Origin: Branchiostoma lanceolatum
Taxonomy: Eukaryota
DNA length: 64,000 nucleotides
Direction: 5' to 3'
NCBI RefSeq assembly: GCF_035083965.1
Contig: NC_089740.1
Span: forward strand, 9,108,596-9,172,595
In this document: positions 1-13,558 of the stretch, piece by piece
How positions within the stretch are numbered: position 1 is the first letter of the stretch
How the letters are laid out: each line of letters starts with the position of its first letter
The notes under the pieces: model-generated
Database searches by the model: none
Seen by the model: the letters and a program-made list of their open reading frames with translations, nothing else
What the model was told of the DNA's origin: nothing
Translations under genes and position numbers: made by a program

Positions 1-310
1 GGATGTCCCTGTAGCTCAATTGGTAGCGGCTTCGCAGTTGAGCCTCCTGTTTCCAATAAGTTGGATCCGGGAGACCCCGGATCGAATCCCGGGAAGGGTA
101 TCCTTGTCGGAGCTGCACCGTCTTTCGGAAGAGACGAAAAATATGGGGGTCCCGTGTTCGAGGAGGTGCCTCGAGTGCGTTACAACAGCCTCATTACTCA
201 CATGGGTACCTACTGGCTGAAATGATACAATCTGGTGAATTATAAAAGTGACGGTGTGGATATAAGTTGTACAACTTGAGTCCGTCGCTTCTTTTGTTTG
301 ATGTATTCTA
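1..310 (+). mobile_element. tRNA-derived SINE, truncated by the window start. The tRNA-like head covers about 1-100 and carries D-loop-like 'TAGCTCAATTGGTAGCGGC' and T-loop-like 'GGATCGAATCCCGG' (box A/B-like), followed by a unique body.
   Basis: Box A/B-like motifs are present but no acceptor stem can pair, so it is not a functional tRNA. No ORF. The body differs from the SINEs at 32.1 kb and 53.5 kb. Confidence 0.5.
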
Positions 311-2526
311 ACATTAGCAAGCACGTCACGCCGACGCCAGTGCTGTTTGATTTTTCTGAGTCACACCTGCATATCTGATCAATTGTCACCTGAATGAATC
401 TGGAGTCTGAAGCGAATCAGGTCATAACCATTTCCTTCCAGACACTTTAAACCTAATTGTTTAAAAGGATTCGGAAACTGTGAGAAACGGTTGAAACGGA
501 TGAGTTTTGCAGAGGAAATTACTGTCAGTTACTATCCCTTTCTAAAGTAAGAGCCGGACATGCATGGTGGGGTACTTTACCAATCACATGAGTAGTAATG
601 ATCGAGTAGAATGAAACTATATCAAATCCGGCACGTTAACTAAAACTAAGGTATACATATCTTATTTAGTAACAGACTCGAAATTCATTTTTTGGAAATA
701 TTGGTGCCTTAACCTATAAACATTAGGTACACGGACGATATGTTGGGTGCACTGCATAAAACAAAGTAGAATGTATGCAAAACCTAATTGCAAACCTTAT
801 AATCTCTCTTTATATCTTGAATCTGAGGCTGTATAGCTAATTTCACAATTTCAAACACGGTTTTATGAATTTTCATGACATTTACATCTCAGGGATATGT
901 TGTATAATACTGTACAATAATAGCACATTAACGTACATAACCGCACACAAATATCTAAGTGCACTTGTGCCCGCTTAGTAAAAAAAGAATAGGTACACTC
1001 TATCAAAGTTTTAATTTAGCTATAGGGTGCACATACGTGTATACACAGTCACCCAAAAGTTCGAGTCCTGTAGTAATGTTATTCGTCTGTATAATTATTG
1101 ATAATTTGATTTCTCTAGATGATATCCAACATTTTCGAACTTTTCAAAACTTCCATCACTTGTAGCTTTTTAGTTTGGGTGTTACGAAGTTTATAAACGA
1201 CTCATCTGTCATGATTCAACCAAAAAGTGGAAATTCGGCTTAGTTAAAAGACGCGTGTGTCTCCAGTACATCTTCATCAGGAACAGATGAAGACGAAACG
1301 CTCAGAATCACGATAACTTATCACTGTGGTACAGATCAGGACAAGGTAAGACCTGAATGAGACTTCGAAACTTTTGATTGCACCCCTAGAGATTTGTTAT
1401 GACGTTTTAAAGTAAACCCATATCTACGATTTTAAACTGAAAGTAACAAAGGTGCCAATTACTATTGTTGTACAGCAAATGGAAACCATATACAGTAGCA
1501 TTATTGTTAAGTAGTGTTTGACAAACCTCTAGTTGAAATGTAAGTAAAGAAACTGTACTATCCGATTTTGGGCTGCTTAAGTTTTTAGACTGGCAGATAG
1601 AGAGAGATAGAGCAAGGGAGATTGAGATTCGAAATGACGGTACACACAAGACCACGGAGATTACTATAGACAGATAGTGTTGCAATCTATAAAGAGACAC
1701 TTCCTTTAAACGTTTTTCATGAATTCCAAGGCATTCTTGTCATGGCATCTTTGTAGAACCACCTTTTGCGTTAAGAAATCAACTCCCCCATTCCACAGTT
1801 TGATTGGAGTTAAACAAGTGGAGCGTGTGTTGCACATGTCTCTTCATTACCTTCCAAATACCACAGGAAACCATTACATTGATGAAAGAGTATAGGGATT
1901 GCAGAGGATCTGATTGATAGGGGATGTTATCAGGTGTGCCGACAGTTCCCGCAAGAACCATTAAAAGGCGTTTCCTGATATAGACCATGCATCTTAATCA
2001 ATTAAATACACAAAGAACTGATAAGAACAAACTGTCAGTTCGAATTCGAGGTTACATTTGGGGTATCAAAAATCGGTCTACGTTGGCTTAATTTCCCCTG
2101 TATTGTTCCCTGTGGTGTTTATCAATAATATTCATATCAAAAATGCTTCTGTGGGTCTTTTGTACAATGGAGTGAAGCTTGTGTTCTGATATCATATGAA
2201 TCGCCAAGTACCAAGCATGCTAACGTTCAACTCCCATGCCACACATAACAGCACATACTAACTGATGCCATAGTCATGAGCGCCTCTACCGGATTTGTGA
2301 AATCCTGCACGCACCTACTAAACTAACTAGAGTTCCACGAACACATTATCTTCGCCAAATAATCAAGGCTTATTATGGAGAGTGATTTATATTTACATGC
2401 TTTGATATCACCCCCTGAAAACCCTACTCATCCACTGAATATCATACAGAACCATTGACAGCTTCTCGAGTTATCTTGGCAACATACAAGCACAGAAACA
2501 TACACAGCTCGCTGCACAATGGTAGG

Positions 2527-2760
2527 AAAGCAACAGGTAAACCATTTTCGAACTTGACCTCCGTTCCCACAGCCGCTACACACCTACAAAAAATCATTAA
2601 GATCCATCAACTTTTCCATCACTTTTTTTCCCTACATACAAACATGCAAAGTTTGCTGCAGTACTGTTGAAAAAGCCAGGTAAATGATTTTTGAACTTGA
2701 CCTTTCTTTGCACAACCACTACAAACCTACCAAAAATCAAGAAGATTCATCAAAGGTTTC
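2527..2760. repeat. Tandem duplication, two units of about 120 bp ('ggtaaaccattttcgaacttgacct...caaaaaatca' / 'ggtaaatgatttttgaacttgacct...caaaaatca').
   Basis: Direct visual alignment of the two adjacent units. Confidence 0.6.
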
Positions 2761-3789
2761 TAAAGTTATGCTACTGACATACATACAGACCCACCCTACA
2801 GCTGGCGTAGCCGAAAACATAATCTTCTCGGCGAAGATAACAAAGCTTGTACTGTAGAGTACTTGTCAGATAAAACCTCTGGGACACTACCTCCAGAGTG
2901 GTAATGCTTAGGTCCATCCTGCTGCCTTGTCCAGGGAATGGTGCTATTCCAACACTGCTAGAATAGACATTGTTTACTATGAGAGACATTACAAAAGGAA
3001 TCTCTCACATTTCTTTCAAACCAATCTGATGTAATTCATACATTTGTACATTAAGGACATGAAAGATTCAAATTGTTGACTGCATGTTTTATTCAATCAA
3101 ATACGAAAAGTTAAAGAATCTAACAGTATTGTTTGGAAAAATGATCGTGACAACTTTTATTCAAGATATTCAGTACGCAGGATCACACAAAATTGTTTAG
3201 CATGACCAAGACTGCTTTTTTTAGTTCAAAACATCACAATTATATACTCACAGGTAACTTAACATTATCACACATGTTACTGTGAAAGACAGAATTTTAT
3301 GTACAGTTCAGATCAAAACAAGGCCAATTAGAGGCAATGGGAAAATTGACCTAACTAAATGTTCTAGCAATTCAAAAAAGTAATATGTACAAAAATAATG
3401 TACAGACTAAGTAAATAGAACAGTTACTGCAATCCTTGGAAGAAGTCCCTACTGTTAAGTCATGTACTTGGTGGATTGTCTGTGCCTATGCACCTATTTG
3501 CAGTAAGAACAGACTGCCAGTGCTAGGATATAGACTTTCTCCTCTCCAAAACAAGTTATTTCAATGCATCGTCACTGGTCATCTATCACACACTGTGTAC
3601 CTTTCCAGGCACTCTTATGATTGAGTGAATTTAATTGTTATCTGACAGTGTTGTGAAGTTTAGGCAAGAACAAGTTTAACCAAAGTTTTATTTACAAAAC
3701 AAACATGATTGTTACTAGAGACGATGGTGTCGCCTAATGTATAGTCTTGCAAACAGAATCATATCTACAACAGTTTTCTAAATTTCATT

Positions 3790-5100
3790 TCACTGCACAA
3801 CTTTGACAGAGTGGACATTCGGTGTCCCCAGATGAACTTTGCCAGTTTGACCTGCGACCTTTCTCTGCAAGATTCCAGGCTGTGATTGCTGCAAGGGCTG
3901 CTGGGACTGGGATGGCATTCTGGGATACCTGGCAGCTGTGGCATGCCCAATAGTTTGCTGTCGATGGAAAAGAGTCATTTTATAAATGAAATAGAATCTA
4001 CACAGCTGTTCTTGACAACTATGCTTCAATTAAGCAGGTGGCTGTGCTGGGTCTCATTCCTTTCTCAAAGGATCTGGTTTGTTGACCCACTGTTCTTGCA
4101 AAAAGAACTTCTTAGAACTTTCCTCTAAATGTTTTGTACAGAATGGGTTTCTGATATTTGATTTCAGAAATGTGCCAAACCTCAGCTGCAAGCTTACTGT
4201 GAAAACATCTAGTAAATGATATACTATGAATACATACTTCTTTTAGAGAATACAACACAGTGAATTCCGTACCACCCAAGGTAGTCTGGGGCTGTGTGTG
4301 TGTGTGGGTACGAGAACATTCTAAAAAGAACAACTGCTGTTGCTTGAGAGATTAAGAGGAATAATTATGACTCTGTCACAATATCAACCACATCTGTTAC
4401 CATGACAACCCACCTGAGTGACAGGGTGATGTCTCTCCACCATGACAGAGCTCATGGGCGGGGCCAGTCCCATGGCAACGCTGGCCGGCCCCTTCCCAGC
4501 CTGCCCCAGCCGTGCACCCTCCTGCTTGGCTGTGACCTTGGCTGTGATTGTCCTTGACCCTGACTTCTGGGCTGCAGACGACCTTGGAACCTAATAATAC
4601 AACAGAGAAGCAGACTGGTCACTTTGTCACTTTGAGCGACAATGGCAATTAGTAGAATGTAATCAAGTTTGGATTGATGACAGAAACAAGACAGGAAAGT
4701 GCAATCTAGCAAATGGTATGAAACATTCAACAAGATATGTAATAGGGCTTACAGGTGATAAAACAGGTAATCACATGGATTTTACAAATTCACAATCTTT
4801 TCAGATTGAAGGTGACCACTATGAGCAATATACTGAATGATAATTATACAGTGATTATACAATTAAAATATATGTAACTAGTTGATCATGGAACAATTAA
4901 TATGCACTTACAGTTTTGGCAGCAGGTCTGGCAGTGCTGAAGCTGACGGAGGGTTTGGGAGGGGGGTGCTGGCTGGTGACCACGTGGGGAGGGGCAGGCT
5001 GGGGGGGTCCTGACTGGTACACCTCCTCATGAGGCACAACTGTACCCCCCTCCTCATCCTGAGTCTCTCCTGGTCTTCCCCCTGGGTTACAAAGTCAAGG
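3790..5100 (-). CDS. Candidate proline-rich exons on the minus strand (about 4910-5090, 4440-4600, 3790-3960). They are either a 3' extension of the upstream coiled-coil gene, through a possible donor 'CAGG|GTGGGT' at about 5592 that joins in frame, or a separate gene.
   Basis: Open frames read 'GGRPGETQDEEGGTVVPHEEVYQSGPPQPAPPHVVTSQHPPPKPSVSFSTARPAAKT|gtaag' and 'VPRSSAAQKSGSRTITAKVTAKQEGARLGQAGKGPASVAMGLAPPMSSVMVERHHPVTQ|gtgggt', with consensus acceptors and donors. They are GC-rich and low-complexity, and no domain is recognised. Confidence 0.3.
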
Positions 5101-5583
5101 GATCTACATGTAAATTACATCACAGTAGACAATACTCGAGCACTGAGAGTACAACATTTTCTCAATGGCATGAAAAAACGCATTCGTCTAAAGGATTCTG
5201 CATTTCATAATTTATTATGTCTGCGATGTGCAGACTGATAATATTATTAGCTGCCAGAGGTTATTTGTCTAAAGGGCTACCCAATAAAGGGACAGGTAAA
5301 AGAATCCAGTGCAGTTATAAACTTTTCAATTGTGTTACTATAGTACATGTATTCTCATTAACAACTATAACAACAAACTAATCTCACATAGTCTCTGCAA
5401 ATGACATTTTACAATTATCTTTTAAGGATCAGTGGGAGGGTTGGTAGGAGCAGGGTTACATCAGCCACAAATTAAGCAACCACAGAACAAGTTGTAAAAT
5501 AATAAGCTCCTTCAATAAGGTACCAAAAGCCTGGCCCTAGCATGCTATATGTAAAAATTATCCCAACCCACCCTGTTCCCCCT

Positions 5584-8500
5584 GGTGGAACATGGACATG
5601 GCCTCCAGGTTGAGCGCACACACGCCGCGCATGAACGCCTTCTTCATCGTCTCCTCGTACTGGTCACGCTCGCCGTGCAGACGGGTCACCTCAGTCCGAG
5701 CCGCCTCCAGGGCTTCATTCAACTGGGATGGAGAACAGGGTAAAACAGGGTGAATTATTTTTCATGTTATGAATGAATGACTGAATAATGGTCAAACATA
5801 CTTTTTCACTGTTTTGTACTTATTTTACTAAAAATTTTAGTTCATATATGGTAATCAACATACCTTTACCTCTTACCTGCAATCTGGTATCCAATAAACA
5901 TAAAACGTAAAAACTAACTTCTAAATAAATATAATTTACAAACATTCACAATGATTCACTTGCAACGATTCAGATTGTCTGATACTTAATCAGTTGGTCC
6001 TTTTCTGAACTGCTAGTACTAAGTAAGTGTGATCAACTTTTTATGTCACAGGTTGAGGTACTCATTATAAACGTTTAACAGCATAAAATACCAATAGTAC
6101 TTACGGATGATATTCTTGCTTCATAATCATTAGTCAGCTGCATGCAGACCTCCTGGGCCTTGGCCTGACACGCCCTCTCCACCCGTTGTCTCCACTTGGC
6201 CTCGATGACGCCGTGCCACGCCGCCCAGACACGGGACGAGATCTTCTGCTCGTAGTGTTTACGGGCAAGGTTACTTGCAAAGGCCTGGGGAAAAGGATAA
6301 TACAATACATTATGCTTGCGCAAAGACTAAGATTTACAAACTAAAAGAAAACTGAACTGTACCAATAAGACAACAGAAATACAATCACCCTATTTATTTG
6401 ATAGTCAAAAAGTTGAGGGCTCAACTGTAAAAATTTGCACCTGACACAAAGACTATGATGCTCAATCACAAAATGCATATATGGTTACCCTGCAAAAAAA
6501 CACTGACATAACTTGGAGATAGAGTCTCCTCACAGGGATTTTTCTAGAAAAAAACTTGTATATGGGCATTGCGGAATTGGAGAGGCCGACCTGGGGGATA
6601 TGTGTGGGTTTCCCCTCTCCTCTTTTAAAAAAAGTCTCCTTACCTCTCTCCTCTCGTCTGCATGCCGTAGTTTCCACTGCACCATGGCCCGCAGCATGTC
6701 GAACTTCTCCTTCTGCCTCTGCAGCGCCTGGGTCAGGTTGGAGATGACCTGGTCCTTCCGCTCGATGGACTGTTCGTACGTGTGCATCAGCTCCTTCAGA
6801 CTCTCGATCTCGTTTTGAAGCTGGTTCACTTCTCGAGCATGTCTGAGAAAAGAGGTTTAAGTCAGTATAAAACTATGAAATGAAAACATGAATACAATTA
6901 GAACTAATCTAAAAGACTTGTAATATTAAAAAGCATTTGACTGATCTCCAAAGTGGTAACTGTTTCTCCTGATATATGGCGCTGTCACCATATATCAACA
7001 TGATTTTACAGGCTTCATTCTCAATTTCGCAATTCAGCCCTTTGGGGCTGTGAAGAGAATTCATTGAATAAACCAGTCATATACATGTACAATAGAGCAT
7101 GCAAAAAGAAAATTATAACGTGTTTTCTACTACCCTCATTTTTTTCATGACAGCTTCATATCAGTCACTGTTCATAACATATCAAGTGATACATTCTATT
7201 TAGTTTAGAGCTTGATTGTTACCTTTCTTTCTCTGCCCTCATTTCTTGTCTGTGTCTCTCAATCAGAGCAATCTTGGCCTGTGTGAACTCAGCCTAGAGT
7301 GAATAAGATAAAAGACATAAAAAAATTATCAACAAATGTTTTGAATATTGACAGGTTTTCAAAACCTTCACACCAAAAAGTTGAGTTTTCTACAAAAAAT
7401 GCCTGAGAATAAAACCAATCACTGTCTGACTCCCTTACAAGAATGCCCCTCTTGAGGTCCAGTGCCCAGTTGTCCAGATGAGCCTCTATCCTGGCCACAT
7501 CCTGGTCCACAGACGGGGACGGCGCTGACCGCTCGCTGTACGGGGAACCCTCGCTGACCGTGGAGGAATCCCCGCTCTGGGGCGTCTCCGGTGGGGCCAC
7601 CTCAGTGGACCGTATGGACAGGCCTGGGGTGATAGCTTCAGTTCGGGAAACAATTTACAACATGAGCTTTATACTAGTACTTCAAAAGCACCATCTATCA
7701 ACTCTTAACTGAACTGCATCATCAAACTTTTTTTCTTCAGTGTTTTTGGGTGTTTCAAGGCGTACTCCATTGGATAAAGTCGGTGTGGCCTGAGCACCAG
7801 TGACAATAAGGAAACATGACTGCCAAAGCATAATGAAGCTTTAAGGACGGAGGATAGGCAACCCACAATGCAGGTTAACATGAGGATTCTAAATGTAACT
7901 TAATCTGCTGAATGAATCACAATTGTTATTTTTAGAACAAACGGTGCTTCCCAAAGATTTCTGCACACGTAAGTCTATAAATACGAATACTAGTCTAGCT
8001 ATTACAAATAAATTATATTAGAAAAAATGTACAGATCTTCTAGTAGATATTTGGGACAAAACTGTAAATGGCAGTTAGAAAACATTATAACTGTCCCTCC
8101 CAACATCTGCTTGGAGATCCCCTCACCTGACATGCGAGGCTGTCCTGGTGTGGCGCCGGGGGAACTAAGGAATGCTGGGAGACTGGTGGGGCGCTGTGGC
8201 AGGGGAGCACCGGGCTTGGGTACCGTCAGGTCCTCCCTCCGCAGGGCCTTCATTTCTTCCACTCTTCTCGCTGTGGCTTCTTCTGAACTCTCTGTAGTCA
8301 CTACATGAAGTTGATGATAATTGATAAACTTGTATATTCACATTCCAATACTAAGCTGGCAGCTTGTAAACTGTGCAAAAAACACTTGGCAGCTGTGAGC
8401 CACTGATTGGTCACTGGACTGGATTGCTATAGTGATTTTCTGTCTAGTGACTATTGTTCACATCAGCATGTTATAGAAAAAAAAAATTATATTATAGTTA

Positions 8501-9677
8501 TAAGTTACTCATATGGAGAGTTTGTGGAATAATAAAAAGTAATAGTTACTAATAGTACTAGTAGTTATTTCTACTTTGTGCTACACAAGGAATACATGTA
8601 TCATATTCAGGGCTCGAAATACTGGGTGCATGTGCACCTGTGTGCACCCAAACTTGGAGCTGTGCACCTAATTTTTGACACTGGGTGCACCAGTGCACCT
8701 AGAAATTTTTGTAGGCTATAGGATAAGGGTACTATTGTACACTAAGTATACAGAATATTCTACCAGAAAAAGTAATATAATCTTTTGTTGTACTTTATTT
8801 GATGTATCACTTGTTTGAAATTTTAAGGTTAGCTATAGAATTACAGATTGAAGTTCTTAAGAGCGTTAAACATTGTAATTATGTTTTACTGACATTCAAC
8901 TTTATTCTATGTGGTGCACCCAAAATTCTTTCTGTGCACCTAATTTTTAGGGTTGGGTGCACCTATTTCCAAAAATGAATTTCGAGCCCTGATATTACTA
9001 GTACTAGTACTAGTATTTTCATTACTAGTATCCATGACGTAACTTTGAGAGCAACATACATACAATTGTATACTAAATACATGTATACATATACCCTAAA
9101 TCATGAAATTTCAACCAGATTGACTTACCTGATGACTCATCATACAACCCAGCCTGGGTGCCTGTGTTGACCTCTGACCTCTCATCTTCTATACCACTAA
9201 TTTCCTCAATGGGTCTGGGAAGAAGGCTGAAATGTTCAAAGGATGAGGGAGAGAAGAGTGTTTTAGCTTGTACACAAGAAAAAAGAAGCACTAGTAGACA
9301 AAGCCACTTCCAGCTAGTAGCTTTCAAAGAAATCATGTTTTTTAGATCTGTGCCTACATGCCTTATCATTAAAGTCAGTTACTAAGTGTACACAAAACTA
9401 AGTAGGTGTACATGACTGTGTGTGTGACTGTGTGTGCGTGTGACTGTTTGAGTAGTATTTGTATCATATTATTATGCATAATAAGTTTTTGTCTCGAACA
9501 ACTTTGAAGTTTGAGTTCGACAGAAAAAGAAGAGTCAAACCTTGGGTCTATTTTAGGCGTGACGACAGCATATCTGAGCAGCTCCTCATACTCCTCCTGC
9601 ATACCTGTAGACACCGAGCTGCCGGGGGAGTCTGACAGGACTGACGGGAAGTTACTGTCATCTGATGAGCTGGACAT
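5584..9677 (-). CDS. Multi-exon coiled-coil, centrosomal-type protein gene. Approximate minus-strand exons are 9540-9677 (ATG '[45 protein letters not shown]'), about 9160-9240, about 8130-8301, about 7440-7610, 7222-7292, 6641-6842, 6110-6289 and 5584-5722 (TAA stop unless the 5592 donor is used).
   Basis: Spliced product reads '...[30 protein letters not shown]|[23 protein letters not shown]|[67 protein letters not shown]|[60 protein letters not shown]|[54 protein letters not shown]'. All junctions keep frame with GT-AG sites. It has heptad coiled-coil character and W-containing Sfi1/POC5-like repeats. From memory the C-terminal '[14 protein letters not shown]' motif recalls CEP131/AZI1, but I did not verify this. 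Confidence 0.65.
8609..8990. mobile_element. MITE-like element with terminal inverted repeats 'CAGGGCTCGAAAT...ATTTCGAGCCCTG' and internal 'GGGTGCAC' repeats.
   Basis: The 13-bp TIRs are perfect and the element is non-coding. A second, 5'-truncated copy lies at about 53645-54040, where 'gttagctatagaRtt.cagRttSaagttct.aagag', 'ttctgtgcaccta' and 'ccaaaaatgaatttcg' are shared. Confidence 0.6.
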
Positions 9678-10239
9678 CGTGGAAACTGTAGCTGAACACA
9701 GGTAGTATAATATAGCACTCTGTTGGTAATCATGACACTACATTTAATTTCCAATTGGCTATGACACAATATGCTAGTGCAGGAAGCTTCCTGTTGGGCG
9801 GGTCGGCTGTTTGTCGTCCAACATGTTTTAAGTGTGTGTGTGAGCCCGTGTGCGTAATTTTGCCGTTCTTACTAGTAAATGTGTTCACATCGTAGGTTAG
9901 ACAAACTTATTTTTACCCTCCGAAAAAAGGTTATGTATTAAAAAATAATGGTTTCTCGATTTGAAAATAAAAATAAACGGACCATCCAAAATTAAAACGT
10001 ACTGGGTGGATTTTGACTTGGAGGGCAAAAAAAATGTACCTGGTACTAGTAAGTTACTACTAGTAGTACATTTATTTGAGAGATGAGAACTTACTTAAGT
10101 TAGTACTTTGGAGATTGAGACAATTTGAACTTTAAGCCGGTACGTTGATGATAATCATATGAAAGTGAAAATGAAGTAGAGTAGAGTAGACTAGATCTAG
10201 GTAGAGTTGATTCAGCCAGGTAGGAACTCCGGTTCCAGT

Positions 10240-10335
10240 GACAGATCGTGCGGTAATTTAACCAGCTACTGCTGCTGTGCCACGTGCCTGCGAAGCAGGT
10301 TTGTTGTGCCGAAGGGCGGTTACCCCGGCTATAGA
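10240..10335. repeat. Interspersed repeat copy ('accagctactgctgctgtgccacgtgcctgcgaagc...gccgaagggcggttaccccggctatagagatacag'). It is homologous to 21705-21790.
   Basis: The two segments align over about 85 bp at roughly 80 percent identity. The family is unknown. Confidence 0.45.
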
Positions 10336-10999
10336 GATACAGTTTAGGCCACTCTTCAGCTCAGTATGAAATTTCACAGACTGAAGCATGTGCGATCTTT
10401 TCACTGACGATCAGCATCATCATTCAACTTGACGTTCAAACAGAAGTGGTAAAGGAAAGTTGATTTAATAATGTTTTAAAGTGCAAACTGGTAAATATGG
10501 AGCCCAACATTCTTGTCATGCATATGAACAGAGGTTGCCCATGGAGGAAAGGCAGCAGAGGCTAGATACGAACAGAATAATCAAACATTAACATGACATG
10601 CATGAACGCTCAGTCCCATTTTCTATTGTTACTTTCTTATTCTTACCATTTCATAGTGTTATACGAACACAAAAGCTGGTTTCAACCAAAGATTTCCTCA
10701 TGAGCGTCATGCCACAAGCTAGCATTGATCGATTTGTTACGAACAACAACATAAATTTTTACCCACCTGCCACAGTACTAACGCAGTGACCCCCCTCCCC
10801 CTTAGCTACAACTACAGCTCTTCTTCTATTGCAGTTCTCTACTTTTACGAACCCATTAAAAACCCAAGGATTCACCACGAAGCCTGTAAAAATACAGTTT
10901 TTCTCCTACCTTCTAGTTTTCTCCAAAAACCGTGTTAAAAGGAAAGAAAACACCACAAACAACTTGTACAAAACAAACGCTTCCGCGTTCTCACAACTT

Positions 11000-11170
11000 C
11001 AAAATCACCTTCTGGTGCGAGGAGGCTCCTGATTGGCTGCTCAGCAGATCCGCTAATCTGATTGGTCAGACTGGGTTCTCGCGATATTTATTTTGGGCGA
11101 GATTTGTCGAGAGTTAACTCCGAGGATCTACGATTGGTAAGAAAGGGGGTGGCCACGTGAAATTATTATC
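11000..11170. promoter_or_regulatory. Candidate promoter: three inverted CCAAT boxes ('gattggct', 'gattggtc', 'gattggta') plus a CACGTG E-box ('ggccacgtga').
   Basis: Motifs read directly from the sequence. It lies about 1.3 kb upstream of the minus-strand coiled-coil gene ATG at 9677 and may serve it through a 5'UTR intron. No TATA box is seen. Confidence 0.35.
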
Positions 11171-11721
11171 TTAAGCACATTTTATCGATTCGAGTTTATC
11201 GTTGAAAGTACATTCAACAGCATCTCTTGTCATTTTATAAAAGGTGTCTCATGTATATTTTTCATTATGTAACTACTTTTAACCAGGAAGATTTAGTCAT
11301 AAACTTTAGACCTTTCTCGTGCACAAATGGTATGATCCATAATCTCAAAACAGAGACTGTGAAAAACTGGCTCGCACGATGTTGGCTGACACTTTACGGA
11401 TCTTTACGGGTCTTTACGTTTCTGTTTGGAGAACTAGCCTGGAAGATTTTGGTTATTTTTACTAATTGGAAAATACGATTTTATTTTAATATACCTTTTT
11501 TTTTTACTCCAGGATGCTCAACATGATCAGCTGTCTAACTTTCTATGAATCATTTCTCAGAATTATTAGAAATTTTACCTTAAGATAGATACATAAGATT
11601 TTAATATTGCCCATTGTATACAGCAAATTCTGCTTCATAATAGTTTCAAATCAATTCAACTGCAAAAAGGAGTGTGGTGAAATCTACCCAAAACGTATGT
11701 GTCCTTGGTGCTGATAGGTAA

Positions 11722-11860
11722 TCACTCACACACACACACACACACACACACGCTCACACATACATACACACATAAAAACACATGCTCGTATACATACACG
11801 CTCAGACACACACACACACACACAAACACACATACACACACGTCACTGACTTTAAAAAAA
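11722..11860. repeat. (CA)n/(ACAC)n microsatellite, imperfect.
   Basis: Long run of 'cacacacacacacacacacgctcacacatacatacacacat...cacacacacacacacaaacacacatacacacac'. Confidence 0.9.
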
Positions 11861-13558
11861 TGATACATCTTAACCATATCCATGTTTCCTTATCAATTCA
11901 TTCCTTTGCAATTTCTGATGAGTCAGAAGTAAATGATTACAGTTAAGCACGATATTTCATTTTATATATTTTGATTTGCACATGGTTGCTCCCGGCAGTT
12001 TTTAACCTTGATTGGGTTTTACACATTTTTTTGCCACAAAGTATCTACAAAAGCCATTTTAAGTTTTCAATAAAAGTTTTAGATATAAAAATTATCAGTT
12101 GTCAATACTTTTTCTTAATTCTACAACATACATTGTTGCATCTTTCACCACATTTCTAAAAACAACACAGATGTACATAATATAACAGCCAAACCAAACA
12201 ACAAGAAATATTACAATATTGTAAAACATTTGCAAAGGAAAAAAATGAATACAACTTGATACACTAATCAAAGAATTAGAATTGAACCATTGGCAAACAA
12301 AACCCTTGAAAACTAAACAAAAGGGTCTATCAATATATTCTGAGATCATTGTCTTTTCTCTACCAAAACAGATAACATTAGAGATGGTTATAAGCACTAT
12401 ATTTGTTACAAAAGCATGTGGTCCAATTATGAATCTTCGTTTTATCAAAACTGATACAAATCTTTTGCATACAAAAATTTACATATAAATCATTTACAAT
12501 TAAGCAATATATACTTGATACAAATGAATCAATCATTAATCTGTATCTTTTTAAGTTTGAAATCTAATATTTCATAAGATATAAAGTATCTAGCCCATTG
12601 CTTTGCTCGCATACCCACAATACAATTTTCCCTCAATTTTTCTACTTAGTAATACATCACAAATTTACATCTATAATAACTTTCAAGCTGAGCTTGGTAG
12701 ATTTCCTTACAATGTAAGGTTTAATTAGAAATCAGCATTGCACTTACTGTAATCTACCACAAGAAAAAGGCAATAGTCTGCAAACAATTGCATCGGGTTG
12801 GTATATCAGTCAGGTTATCAGCTACACAACCAAAGGGATTTTCTGTGCCGACATTTCGGGAAATTTTTGCTCTATGAAATTATTAACCTTCTCCCTGCTG
12901 ACTGACCCCTTAACCAGTATAGCTTTTGTGCCTAATAGCTAACTTAGCAGGCTGGATGTTAAGCCTTCAGGAGGGCAGCTTTAGCCGAAAGGTTACTGAA
13001 AAGTTGGCAAAGAAAAATCACTTTTGTTGTGTAGCTAGTAAACCAGTACGTGTAGAAAGGCAATAGAATTCTGATTAATTTTGAATGTATCATTCAATAG
13101 AATTTCTATATTACATATTTACATCCATTAGCTAGATATTGTTCATATTCAACAACAAAAATTTGAACCAGCACCAACATTTTGACAGCCTCCGCATGAA
13201 AGCTGGGCCAGGTGTGTTATGCCAAAGGGCAGTTATACAGACTAAGCAGATACAAATACAGCTTGCATGCTGTCTTCCTCAGAGCATAGTGAAGTACAAT
13301 TGCCTCGGTGCCATCCTCTGTAGTAACTGATGGCTCAATGTTTTTACTATGGAGGAAGGCACCCAGCCTAGAAGTCCAATGCAAAACCTACACAACTCTA
13401 CAAGACAGTACACTTCATCATGCCTTGAGAAAGACAGCAGACAAGCTGTCAAAATATCGGTCCTGGTTCAAATTTTGGCTGTGAAATGGGATCATAATGA
13501 TTCTAACTATTGGATTACCAACCTGATGAAACTATTCAAGGATATCTAAATTCTACAG

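Noticed and set aside
1-100. A possible bona fide tRNA gene at the window start (D-loop 'TAGCTCAATTGGTAG', T-loop 'GGATCGAATCC').
   Set aside because: No 3' segment pairs with the 5' 'GGATGTC' acceptor, the spacing is wrong for a 72-76-nt cloverleaf, and it continues into a body of about 200 bp. This is a SINE head, not a tRNA.
6513-6829. Plus-strand ORFs 6513-6818 and 6556-6747.
   Set aside because: They are antisense to a well-supported coiled-coil exon on the minus strand.
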